Positions 38,327 to 47,571 of a stretch of 58,886 nt of DNA are shown piece by piece. Under the pieces are notes generated by a model, which saw nothing but the letters and a program-made list of their open reading frames with translations, did not search any database and had not been told where the DNA came from. Location of the stretch: positions 1 through 58,886 of the IMG/VR virus record IMGVR_UViG_3300008116_004701, one strand, 5' to 3'. The position numbers were made by a program, and so were the translations under genes. Source of the DNA: a virus (Duplodnaviria > Caudoviricetes). Position 1 is the stretch's first letter. Every line of letters starts with the position of its first letter.

Positions 38327-40906
38327 TTACTTTAAGTACCTCTGTTCTGCAATCTGTACCTTTAAACCGTTTATATCACTAGACTTTAATCCAGTATCAA
38401 CTTTTCCTGCAGGACTAATAACATAAGCTTTATAAATAGGATCGACGTTATTGCCTACATATTCTTTAACTAATCTAATATTTACACCTGTTTCTCCTGT
38501 TGGAATAGTTTCTAGTACTGCAGTTCTATTAGTATTATTTACTTCAGCTGCTTCAGCACTTTGTCTTGTTACGCTACTACTAGTCATTAAATTATAAAGA
38601 CCTACTGCAGTTGTTTGAAATGTTTGATTTGCCAATGGATCAGAATCTTTTAGTTGATAGTTCATTTGAGCAGTTCTACGTAAAATTTTCTCAAATAATG
38701 CTTCTTGTCCAGGTTTAGCCATTACTTCAACAGTATTAGAGCGTGTGTCCCCATCTTCATCTTTATAAGTATAAGGTATCTCCATAAATACTACATTACC
38801 ACGCATACCAATTTTAGGAGTTTTACCTTCTGCTAATTTAGTACCTCCTGCCATTCTTCCTTCTTCATCAAATCCTGGAACATTTGCCCAACCTCTTCCT
38901 GTTAAAGGAGCAAATCTAGTTAGTTCACTAGCATTTAATAATTCTTGTCCTAGTGCAGCATCTACAACTTTATCTCCTACAATACGGGAACCCATTTCAT
39001 TTCCTGAGAAATTTTCTTTATATGCTTTATCTTTAGCTAAGTTAATTGTACCACCTAATTCTTTAGAACCTGCTCTCGAAAAATCAAACCCGTTTTCTAC
39101 AGCTTCTGTTAGACTTTTAAAGCCATAAGCTTTTGCAATATTATTAGCTGACAGCCTGTATTCTGCAGGCATGTAAGTTTCTTTAGCTGAACGAGAAGGA
39201 GTATATTCTACTACTCCACTTTCAATTAATTTTTCTACTGTTGTTCCCCAACTTTTTGCTAACTTTTCTACAGTACCTACATCAGTTAAAGTTTTTTCTT
39301 TTCCTAATGTTTGTATTTCTTCTTTAAATCCTTTTAATGAAGTAACACTGCCAGCAATTTGTTTAATTTGATCGTCAGCATCTCTAAAACGATTATAGTT
39401 TTCTTGCATTCCTTCGAGAGTTGTGCCTACCATTTGAGCAGTTTTAGTATTGCTTAACTCATTAAATACAGATGCAGAAGTACTTTGTTTAATGCCAGTA
39501 GCTAATCCTGCATTATATAATTTTCTGTGGAAATCAGTAGCATCTTTAGATTGTTGGAAGATAGCAAAAATTTGTTGCTGACGTGCAACAGCCATTGCTG
39601 GGTTAGCTTCCATATTTTTACGCAATTCAGAACCTTTAGCTCCCATTGAAAGAGCTCTCATATTTCCTCCAGCGATATTATTAATTTTTGTAATATTTGG
39701 TACTAAGCTTTTAGTTGCTAAATATCTATTTTGTTCTAAGTCTACACTTACTAATTCTTTAGTAGTAGGAGTAGTTCTACCTACTGTACCTTCTAATGTA
39801 AAATCTTTTCCTGAACCTGATCCACTAGTTGGTATTGCTTGGAAAGAATAATCAGTGCTTATATTATTTACTTTAAAAATTTGACCTAACTCAGCAGCAT
39901 CATATTGATTAGCCATGTAATCTCTTGTATATAAAGCTTGAATAATATCTGGATTAGGGTTATTCTTTTGGTCTAATAAAAGCTGTTTAGTTTCTAATAG
40001 TTTTTGGTATTCTTCTGTATCAGTTTTTTTATCTGCTTCAGCTTTTTTAATTAATCTTTCATTAGCTGATAAATTTTTATCAATTAAATTATTTGCTAAG
40101 TTGTAGAAAGAAGCGCCTTCATCTTTAGCATATAAATAATCTTTAAAGTTATAAGCAGCATTTTCTTGAAGCCATGGCTTAAATCTATCAAGACTCATCA
40201 TATAAGCTTCTACTGCTTGATCTATTTCTTCAGGTTTTAATTGCTCAAAAGAACTTTTAACAAATTGAGCTTTTTGAGAAGTAGGTTCAATGCCTAAAGT
40301 TCTTAAAGCTCCATCCCATTCTTTAGCTTTCATTGCACTAGCGACTTTATATTTAGTATCGTCAAAGTCTTTTTGCATATCTGTGATTCTTCCTACTTTA
40401 CCAGTAATAGGATTATAAGTTCCTGTAGGATTTTCTGCATCTCTTTTATAAGCAGTACCTCCTACATTTTCAAATTTTCGAAGCTCGTCGGTTCTCCATT
40501 GCAAATATTGCTGCTTAGTAATATCTCCTTTTGCTACACGAGCAACTTCTTCTTTATCCCGTTCTGTAAAAGTTTTATAATTTGTTTCTAGTGCAATACG
40601 TTCTGGATCTTCTAACCATAATCTATTAAGCTGTTTAAGTTTACTAGCAGCTTGTGTATAGTTTTTACTTTCCATTAAGTTAGTTACTAACTCATCTCGT
40701 TTAGTTCTATATAATTGTTCTAAAGCTTTTGCCTTTTCCTTTTCATAAGGAAATTCTAATGACGTTGCTTTAACATCAGCTTCTTCAATAGCAGCTTTTG
40801 TTAAGTCATATTTTTCCTGCATTTTCATTAATGGCTCTGCAAATGCCATTAAATTTAAAGGCTTATATTGAAATTGAGTAGGAGTACTATACGGAGTAAT
40901 TGCCAT
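38327..40906 (-). CDS. Ejected/cargo virion protein, 859 aa
   Basis: N-terminal PY...QYKP.........KMQ..YD pattern, GSGSG linker, no Cys, directly upstream of the RNAP genes. Confidence 0.7.
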   Translation of the reverse strand: MAITPYSTPTQFQYKPLNLMAFAEPLMKMQEKYDLTKAAIEEADVKATSLEFPYEKEKAKALEQLYRTKRDELVTNLMESKNYTQAASKLKQLNRLWLEDPERIALETNYKTFTERDKEEVARVAKGDITKQQYLQWRTDELRKFENVGGTAYKRDAENPTGTYNPITGKVGRITDMQKDFDDTKYKVASAMKAKEWDGALRTLGIEPTSQKAQFVKSSFEQLKPEEIDQAVEAYMMSLDRFKPWLQENAAYNFKDYLYAKDEGASFYNLANNLIDKNLSANERLIKKAEADKKTDTEEYQKLLETKQLLLDQKNNPNPDIIQALYTRDYMANQYDAAELGQIFKVNNISTDYSFQAIPTSGSGSGKDFTLEGTVGRTTPTTKELVSVDLEQNRYLATKSLVPNITKINNIAGGNMRALSMGAKGSELRKNMEANPAMAVARQQQIFAIFQQSKDATDFHRKLYNAGLATGIKQSTSASVFNELSNTKTAQMVGTTLEGMQENYNRFRDADDQIKQIAGSVTSLKGFKEEIQTLGKEKTLTDVGTVEKLAKSWGTTVEKLIESGVVEYTPSRSAKETYMPAEYRLSANNIAKAYGFKSLTEAVENGFDFSRAGSKELGGTINLAKDKAYKENFSGNEMGSRIVGDKVVDAALGQELLNASELTRFAPLTGRGWANVPGFDEEGRMAGGTKLAEGKTPKIGMRGNVVFMEIPYTYKDEDGDTRSNTVEVMAKPGQEALFEKILRRTAQMNYQLKDSDPLANQTFQTTAVGLYNLMTSSSVTRQSAEAAEVNNTNRTAVLETIPTGETGVNIRLVKEYVGNNVDPIYKAYVISPAGKVDTGLKSSDINGLKVQIAEQRYLK

Positions 40907-40908
40907 GA

Positions 40909-43900
40909 TTATGAATTTTTACCTTTATTTGCTCTACGTGCTGCAGCTGCTGCATTTAGTTTATCTGCAATACTTATATATCTAAAATTACCTGCATAGT
41001 CAGGAGCTATTGTTTGCAAATATTTTTCTTGTAAATCTGTGCTAGATAATCCTTGAGCAATTTCACTAGCTTGTGTTAAACCTGCAGCTAACATATTTTG
41101 TCTAGCAGATAAAGCTTGATCATTATACTGTTGAATAGCTAAATCTTGTGTCATATTATTAGACTCTACTTGAGCATTAAATTTATCTGCTTCCATTTTT
41201 TGAGCCTTGTCAAAGTTTTCTTTTTGTGCATAAATATCACGAATAGCTTGTTGACGCATATTAGCCATGTTGCCTAATGTAGCTAAGTAACTTCCTGCAC
41301 CAGGTGCTGCATTTTTAGCAGCTTGCATTGCAGTACCATAAGCACTGCGGACTGCTGCTAATTGCGGATCTACGTTCATTTCATAAGGAGAAATTTTAGC
41401 ACGAGACTGATAGTCGCTAACATCTAATTGATTTACTTTACCAAAAAGACCACGACCAATATTATAAAGTGCAGGTAATGCAGAAACTCCCGCTAAAATA
41501 GGATTTTGTTCTATAGATTCTAAACCTGTTTTTTTATCCATTTTAGTGAGCATTTTTCGTAATTCAGATGCCCACTCATCATCACTCATTCCTTCAGGTT
41601 TTACTAGACCATTACTTGCAGCAGCATTCATAATAGCTTCGTCTTCTTGTGCAAGTTTTTCTACTTCTAATAAATCAGTATCATCTCCTTCTTCAGCAAC
41701 AACTTCAGTAGTAGATACATCAATAGGGTTACTTAAACTAGCATAATGTTCTTCTAAAGCTGCTTTTGCCATTTCAATATCTTGACTGTCAAACTTTCCA
41801 TCTCCATCTGCATCAGCTCCTTCTGGCATAAAACTTTGAAGGATTATAGGATTATTTAATGCTTCCTCAATTGTAAGACTAACGGGAACTCCTTGAATAT
41901 TAAATGTAGCTTTTGGTCCAGTAATAGGATCTAAAGAACTTCCTTCTGCAAACTGATTAGTAAACATACCAGTAGTAGGTGCTCCTAAATAGCCTCCCTG
42001 TGCCATGAAATTTCCTGCGACATTCATCGCTTTAGTAATAAATGGGTTTTGAGGAGCGTTCATTAATTTAGCAGCAGCTTTACTTCCTTCAAGAGCTCCT
42101 TCTGGGATTACTTTTTTATCTGGAGAACCACCAAAGAATGTACCGTACATTGAACCTAATTGTCCTACACCTTGTGCTACTTTATCTGTTTTTTCTCCTG
42201 TACCTGGCAAAGCAGCAACTCCGCTAGCTAAACCTTCTACACCTTCACTAATAGCTGATTTAGTAGTAGCACCACCCGTTAGTACTGCAGAACCAAGAGC
42301 ACCTGCTGCATTACCAAAACCTCTTGCAGCATCTAGACGACCTGCCTGACGTTCATCAACATCTCCTATTTGAGATAGTTTTTCGTATCCTTTGTCTGTA
42401 AGATTGTCAGTAGTACCAAAAGTAGCTGCATCTAGTACACCTTCTCCGATACCATAAAGCGCAGAACCGATACCACGTAGGGCCATCATGCCTCCACCTG
42501 CACCGTACATATGACCGCCCATGTTATACATCTTACCCCCCATGCTCATTATACCTTGTTGTTGCATTTGTTGCATCATTGCTGGGTCTATTTCTTGTGG
42601 CATTCCTGCTGGAGGAGCCATTTGTTGTTGCTGCTGCATTGCCATCTCGTCTGCCATTGCTTGTTGGTCCGCCATAGCTGCTTGATCTACTATTTGTAAA
42701 TCAGGATACTTAGATTGCATTTCTGCAACAGCTGCTTGTTTTTCAGACTCTTTTTGCTGCTCTTGCGCTTGCATTAAGTTTTCTAAATCACGTTGAATAG
42801 CAACTTGTTCAATAGTATCATTTTCACGACGAGAATTTGGACGATTTAATTTCTTAGAAATATCAGCAAATGTTTTTCCTATATCTCCTTTAGGCAAATC
42901 GTATAGAGTAGCAGTTTCTTTAGATACTTTAATCTCATCTGAAAAAATATAATCTGCTGCATTAAGTTTAGTTTCACCTTGTTCTACAAGATTTAATTTA
43001 CCATCTTGTGCAAATCCTTGTGGAATGCCTCCTAGCGGATTTATTTCATGGGAACCTCCTTCATTAAATTCAGTAAGTTGTCCGCCATCAGCAAACGCTC
43101 GACCTCCCATGGAGTACATATGGCCTCCCATAGCATGTTTAACATTATGTGCTTTACCACCAATACTAACCTTTTGGTTACCTGGTGTTCTTTCAAATTC
43201 TCCTGTAGCATGTCCATATGCTAACCATGCTTTGTATGCGGCTGGTGATTTAAAGTTCATAGCGCCTCCTTGTTTAAAATTATTTTCTCCCAATCCTTCT
43301 GGATCGTTAGGGTCATATATAATAGGTTCTACATTAGAACCTGATTTTGTTGATGGTACATAAATATCTTCTGCGTTTTTATTCCAACGTTTATCTATTG
43401 GGCTAGCATTTACTTTAGGACCAAAATCTCCATAAGGATCTCCTCCTTGTATTTGTAAATTTTCTTCGCCGCCTTTATCTGCTCTTCCTAAGAATGAAGT
43501 AAGAGGCGACATATTAATGTCTGGCATATTAATATGAGGAGTCTCTATTTGTTGTAAGGGAAATCTAATTCCTACTTCACCCGAAACATGAGGGCGAAAC
43601 ATAGTTCCTAATGTTTTATCCATAGGTCCCGCACCTGTAGTATTAGTACTATTATTGCTGTTTTGATTAGGATCATAGTTAGGGTCTTGTCCTATAGTAT
43701 TAGAAATATTAGCAGCATTTTTAGATGCAGCCCCAAACCCACCTGTTAAAGCAGCTTTACCATAAAAAGACATAGGAAAATCCTTAAATGCTTTAGGTCT
43801 ATATTCTCCTTCAGCACGAATTCCCCAACCAAGTTTTGCTCCTTTTGTTGAATTTAAAGTAAAACCTGTATAAGGTTCGATAATGCCTGATGGTCTACCT

Positions 43901-44619
43901 GCTTTTACTAAACCATTTCGATAAGGATTTCCAAAAGGAAATACACTTCCTACTTCTCCATGCAATCCTAAACCTGTTGACGGAGCATACTCTCCACCAA
44001 ATTCAATACGTGGCATAGCGCTTTCAAAAATAGCGCCGCCTCCAACTTCTTGTCCTCCTTTAACAACTTTACCTTGCCAACCTATTTTACCTCCTGCTAT
44101 AATATTTTGAGCATTAGGAGCTCCTCCGAGTAAAGCATCTTTGTTATTAGTAATATTTGTGATACTATTCTGATAAGCCTGTTCTTCAGGACTTAATGTA
44201 GTATTAAATGGTATACTTGGATTATACTGTTGCCCTGCATAGGCACTAGCATAAAATCCTGGAGCCTTTTTGCCTAAACCAGAATCTGTCTCAATACCTG
44301 CAATATAACCAGGCTTAAAGTTTCCTACTAATGCATTAGTATAAAAGGGACTAGCATAAACATTAGCTGTTGGATTTTTCTTATAAAATTTTTCCATAAG
44401 ATCCTCAATAGGACCCCCTTCAGCGTAAGTTTGAATATTAGAAGCTTTAAAACTACTCATCTTACCACCATGACTCATTTGATTTTTAATCTTTTTTTCT
44501 TGTGCTAACATTTCTTTTGTAGGTTTCTTTCCAGAACCTGCATTAGCACGAATATTATCCCATAGCCCTCGTGGACTGTATGAGCCGTCAGCACGTTTAA
44601 TAAGATCTTTTTTAGCCAT
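40909..44619 (-). CDS. Modular cargo protein with multiple Phi-xx-GG motifs, 1236 aa
   Basis: GGSHEINPLGG..VEQGET..DYIFSD domain, Q/M-rich linkers, Gly/Ala helices, no Cys. Confidence 0.75.
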   Translation of the reverse strand: MAKKDLIKRADGSYSPRGLWDNIRANAGSGKKPTKEMLAQEKKIKNQMSHGGKMSSFKASNIQTYAEGGPIEDLMEKFYKKNPTANVYASPFYTNALVGNFKPGYIAGIETDSGLGKKAPGFYASAYAGQQYNPSIPFNTTLSPEEQAYQNSITNITNNKDALLGGAPNAQNIIAGGKIGWQGKVVKGGQEVGGGAIFESAMPRIEFGGEYAPSTGLGLHGEVGSVFPFGNPYRNGLVKAGRPSGIIEPYTGFTLNSTKGAKLGWGIRAEGEYRPKAFKDFPMSFYGKAALTGGFGAASKNAANISNTIGQDPNYDPNQNSNNSTNTTGAGPMDKTLGTMFRPHVSGEVGIRFPLQQIETPHINMPDINMSPLTSFLGRADKGGEENLQIQGGDPYGDFGPKVNASPIDKRWNKNAEDIYVPSTKSGSNVEPIIYDPNDPEGLGENNFKQGGAMNFKSPAAYKAWLAYGHATGEFERTPGNQKVSIGGKAHNVKHAMGGHMYSMGGRAFADGGQLTEFNEGGSHEINPLGGIPQGFAQDGKLNLVEQGETKLNAADYIFSDEIKVSKETATLYDLPKGDIGKTFADISKKLNRPNSRRENDTIEQVAIQRDLENLMQAQEQQKESEKQAAVAEMQSKYPDLQIVDQAAMADQQAMADEMAMQQQQQMAPPAGMPQEIDPAMMQQMQQQGIMSMGGKMYNMGGHMYGAGGGMMALRGIGSALYGIGEGVLDAATFGTTDNLTDKGYEKLSQIGDVDERQAGRLDAARGFGNAAGALGSAVLTGGATTKSAISEGVEGLASGVAALPGTGEKTDKVAQGVGQLGSMYGTFFGGSPDKKVIPEGALEGSKAAAKLMNAPQNPFITKAMNVAGNFMAQGGYLGAPTTGMFTNQFAEGSSLDPITGPKATFNIQGVPVSLTIEEALNNPIILQSFMPEGADADGDGKFDSQDIEMAKAALEEHYASLSNPIDVSTTEVVAEEGDDTDLLEVEKLAQEDEAIMNAAASNGLVKPEGMSDDEWASELRKMLTKMDKKTGLESIEQNPILAGVSALPALYNIGRGLFGKVNQLDVSDYQSRAKISPYEMNVDPQLAAVRSAYGTAMQAAKNAAPGAGSYLATLGNMANMRQQAIRDIYAQKENFDKAQKMEADKFNAQVESNNMTQDLAIQQYNDQALSARQNMLAAGLTQASEIAQGLSSTDLQEKYLQTIAPDYAGNFRYISIADKLNAAAAARRANKGKNS

Positions 44620-44640
44620 GGTAAGTTTTAAAGAATAAAG

Positions 44641-47571
44641 TTAACAGTTTTTATTAAGTTCACCACCAAATAAATAGGGGTTAGCAATACTAAAATAATA
44701 TTTAGGTACACTTGGTTGATGCATTCTATTATGATAATTAATCATATTAGGAATATTCTTTTTAGGTATTTTATTTCCTTTAAGGTCTACTATTTTATCA
44801 AATCTAGAAATTGAAGGAAAGTATTTATTAGGCATTTTTGTAAATCCTTTATATAATACACCTTTTTGTATATCATCGACATTACCAAGATATCCACGTT
44901 CTACATCACTTGCTACTCGATCTAATTTAAACTGTAGGTCTTTTGGTAATATAACTTCCATTTCTTGTGGAAAATGTTGTATATTACTTGCATTAGGATA
45001 CATATAACTTTGTCCTGCAGGAGCATTAATTACATAATCTAAATTTTCAGCTCTTTGAGTAAATCCTGTTAAAGGAGCTTCAAATCCTAAAGTTGTTTCT
45101 GGTTTAGCTTTTATTACACTAGTACTAGTAAAAGATTTAGGAACAAAAAGATCTCCTTCCTTTAAATCAGAAAATTTTAAATCTTGTAAAGTTTCTCCAT
45201 TTCTAATAACAAATCCTTCATTATTTATATCAAAATTTTTAGTTCCTCTAATTAAACTTTGAGGTTGTTGAAATTTATTTTTTAAAATACTTTGCTCTAA
45301 TATAGGAGCAATTTTTTCTTGATAAAAAGGAGCAACTTTTTCTGCTTCTCTCGTATTAATTAGTTGATCGTATCCTCTAGCATAAGCATCTAATACTAGC
45401 TCTTCTTTTTTAGTTAAATCTAATGTTGGTTTATGAGTTTGTAAAAAATCTGAATGTATTTCTCTGCTAAGCGCTGGCATATATTCGCTTTCAGCATTTC
45501 TTACTGTTTCTCTTGTAGGAATAAACTCTAACTCTTTTAACTTTCCGTACAATCCTACATCTTTAGGATTAAGTTGATAAGTAGGAATATTAAATTGTTT
45601 AGAAAATTCATCTGCGTATTTATTAACTAAAAATTGCTCTTCTGCTTTAGGAATAATAAATCGTTCATTAGTAGTAATTGCTTTTTCTTGTGCTTCTTTC
45701 CAATCTTTTAAACTAATTGCTGGAGCTTCTGGATCAAATAACTGTTTGCTTAATTTAGCAGGATTTCCTCCAATTGGAGAACTTGCTCCATAAACAGTAA
45801 CACCAGAAGCATCTGTTAAATCTCCATATTCATCAATAGTGCCTACTATTTTTTTAGCAGCAGGAGCATCTACTAAAGTTTTGCTATTAACAAATGTTGG
45901 AGCATTCATTGATTTAATAATGTTACTAGCATTTTTTATTGGTATTCCTGCTCCCGCAAAATCTAAGCCTGTAAGTCCTGTTTTTAATGCTGCTTCTTTC
46001 CAATCCATGTTACCTGCAGCAACATCTTGCCAATCTTGATATCTGTTGTCAATTTGAGTAGCTCCATGAACAAGTCCTGCAGCATTTGCTACACCTCCAA
46101 GATTTACTCCTGCACCTAAAGGAATACTTGCAGCAGCTCCTAAAACTTCTGCAGCTATAGGCGCACCTATTATTGCTTGAGGTACCCAATTTGCAGCTTG
46201 TGCTGCTTGAGGCTTTAACGAACCGTCAGGCATATATAAACCTGAAGTGCCTGATTGTTTATGAACATTAGCAACAAATTGTTTTGCTGCTAAATCTTGC
46301 TCCCCTTGTTGCTGTGCTTTATTCCACACTGCTTGATTCATAACAGGTTTAGGTGCTCCTTGTACTGGTGCATTGTATACAGTTGCATATTTATTTAATA
46401 GTGCAGCACGTTCTCCTGTTGGATCATTAATAGGTACATATTGATTTCCTGTAGAAGCATTACTAATAGCCCAACCTTCTGGTGTTCTTTGGTAATAAGA
46501 TCCTGGTCGTTTAGAGTATGTGTAGATAGGACCCCCATCATCATAATGTTCTCTAGCATCAGAACCATATTCACTAGGTTCAAAATGTATAGTACCTCCT
46601 TGTCCGTATTCTTCTGTAGTCTCCCCTTCTCTTTGAATATATGCACTATTTCTAGTTTCAATTCCTGGGATAGGAATATATCTTCTTTTACCAGGTTTAA
46701 TTAAATCTCCACCATGTCCAGGTTGTCTAAACCTTGGAAGTCTATAAGGAATTCTATTGGCATCCCAGTCTATATATCTTTCTGTTTGATTGACCCATTC
46801 TGCACCTGGATCAGGGGTAGCATACATAGAAGTCTCATCAATATTATATTGCGGCATAATACCAGGATATTCTGCTGGTGGTATAGGGGGTGTAGGTGGG
46901 ACTAGCGGAGGACCTGGAGGAATAGGTGTTGGAATAGGTATAAGTTGTTCTGTAATAGGTGTAGGTTGTATTACTTCTTTTGTAATTAACGGAGTTGGTT
47001 TAATAATTGTTTTATTATTAACCTTACTTTTTGGTTTATTTGGAGTAGGTTCAACAAACTTAACACGCTGGACAGGACGGTCAAAACTAAATCTTGGAAG
47101 TACATTTTGTCCATATGTTCTAAAATAAGGAGTTGGACGAGTTGGTTTGTTAACTACATCTTGTAAAAGAGGATTGTTTTTTCTACTTTCCCAATATGCA
47201 CGCTGTGCATCAAGTTCGTCCCATGCTTGAAGACCATCTGCAGGAGAATTATGTCTGCTTCTTATACGGCCTGTTGCGTTGTCATCTGCTAATCTTTTAG
47301 CAGCAGTAAATTCATTATTAAGTTTAAAAATAGTCAGACTATCATCATAAGCTGCTTTTCTGTAAGCATACTCTTTAGGATCAGAAGTAACAAATGGTTC
47401 TACTCTTTGTGGTTTTTTATTTTTTTTATTTTTATCGCGGTCACGATTATATTCACTAATAGTTGAATCTAGTGTACCTCCTTGAGCAAAAGGCAAAGCA
47501 GTAGTGTCTCTAAAGATTGGTGTGCCTTTTGACTGATAATAAGTAGGCAGTATTTTTGGAGTCTTTTTCAT
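44641..47571 (-). CDS. Cargo protein with C-terminal ADP-ribosyltransferase domain (VIP2/Alt-like, R-S-ExE), 976 aa
   Basis: Y...Y..IN, LIRG, FTSTS, INAPAG, EMEVILP; preceded by a Gly/Ala hydrophobic hairpin and a Pro-rich linker. Confidence 0.85.
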   Translation of the reverse strand: MKKTPKILPTYYQSKGTPIFRDTTALPFAQGGTLDSTISEYNRDRDKNKKNKKPQRVEPFVTSDPKEYAYRKAAYDDSLTIFKLNNEFTAAKRLADDNATGRIRSRHNSPADGLQAWDELDAQRAYWESRKNNPLLQDVVNKPTRPTPYFRTYGQNVLPRFSFDRPVQRVKFVEPTPNKPKSKVNNKTIIKPTPLITKEVIQPTPITEQLIPIPTPIPPGPPLVPPTPPIPPAEYPGIMPQYNIDETSMYATPDPGAEWVNQTERYIDWDANRIPYRLPRFRQPGHGGDLIKPGKRRYIPIPGIETRNSAYIQREGETTEEYGQGGTIHFEPSEYGSDAREHYDDGGPIYTYSKRPGSYYQRTPEGWAISNASTGNQYVPINDPTGERAALLNKYATVYNAPVQGAPKPVMNQAVWNKAQQQGEQDLAAKQFVANVHKQSGTSGLYMPDGSLKPQAAQAANWVPQAIIGAPIAAEVLGAAASIPLGAGVNLGGVANAAGLVHGATQIDNRYQDWQDVAAGNMDWKEAALKTGLTGLDFAGAGIPIKNASNIIKSMNAPTFVNSKTLVDAPAAKKIVGTIDEYGDLTDASGVTVYGASSPIGGNPAKLSKQLFDPEAPAISLKDWKEAQEKAITTNERFIIPKAEEQFLVNKYADEFSKQFNIPTYQLNPKDVGLYGKLKELEFIPTRETVRNAESEYMPALSREIHSDFLQTHKPTLDLTKKEELVLDAYARGYDQLINTREAEKVAPFYQEKIAPILEQSILKNKFQQPQSLIRGTKNFDINNEGFVIRNGETLQDLKFSDLKEGDLFVPKSFTSTSVIKAKPETTLGFEAPLTGFTQRAENLDYVINAPAGQSYMYPNASNIQHFPQEMEVILPKDLQFKLDRVASDVERGYLGNVDDIQKGVLYKGFTKMPNKYFPSISRFDKIVDLKGNKIPKKNIPNMINYHNRMHQPSVPKYYFSIANPYLFGGELNKNC

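Noticed and set aside
42480-42700. Q/M-rich repeats as a DNA repeat array or CRISPR
   Set aside because: This is a low-complexity coding linker with no constant repeat-spacer period.
24931-45420. ART and NADAR as a cognate toxin-antitoxin pair
   Set aside because: The ExE motif points to protein arginine targets, whereas characterised NADARs act on guanine-ADP-ribose; the domains are about 19 kb apart. Not formally excluded.
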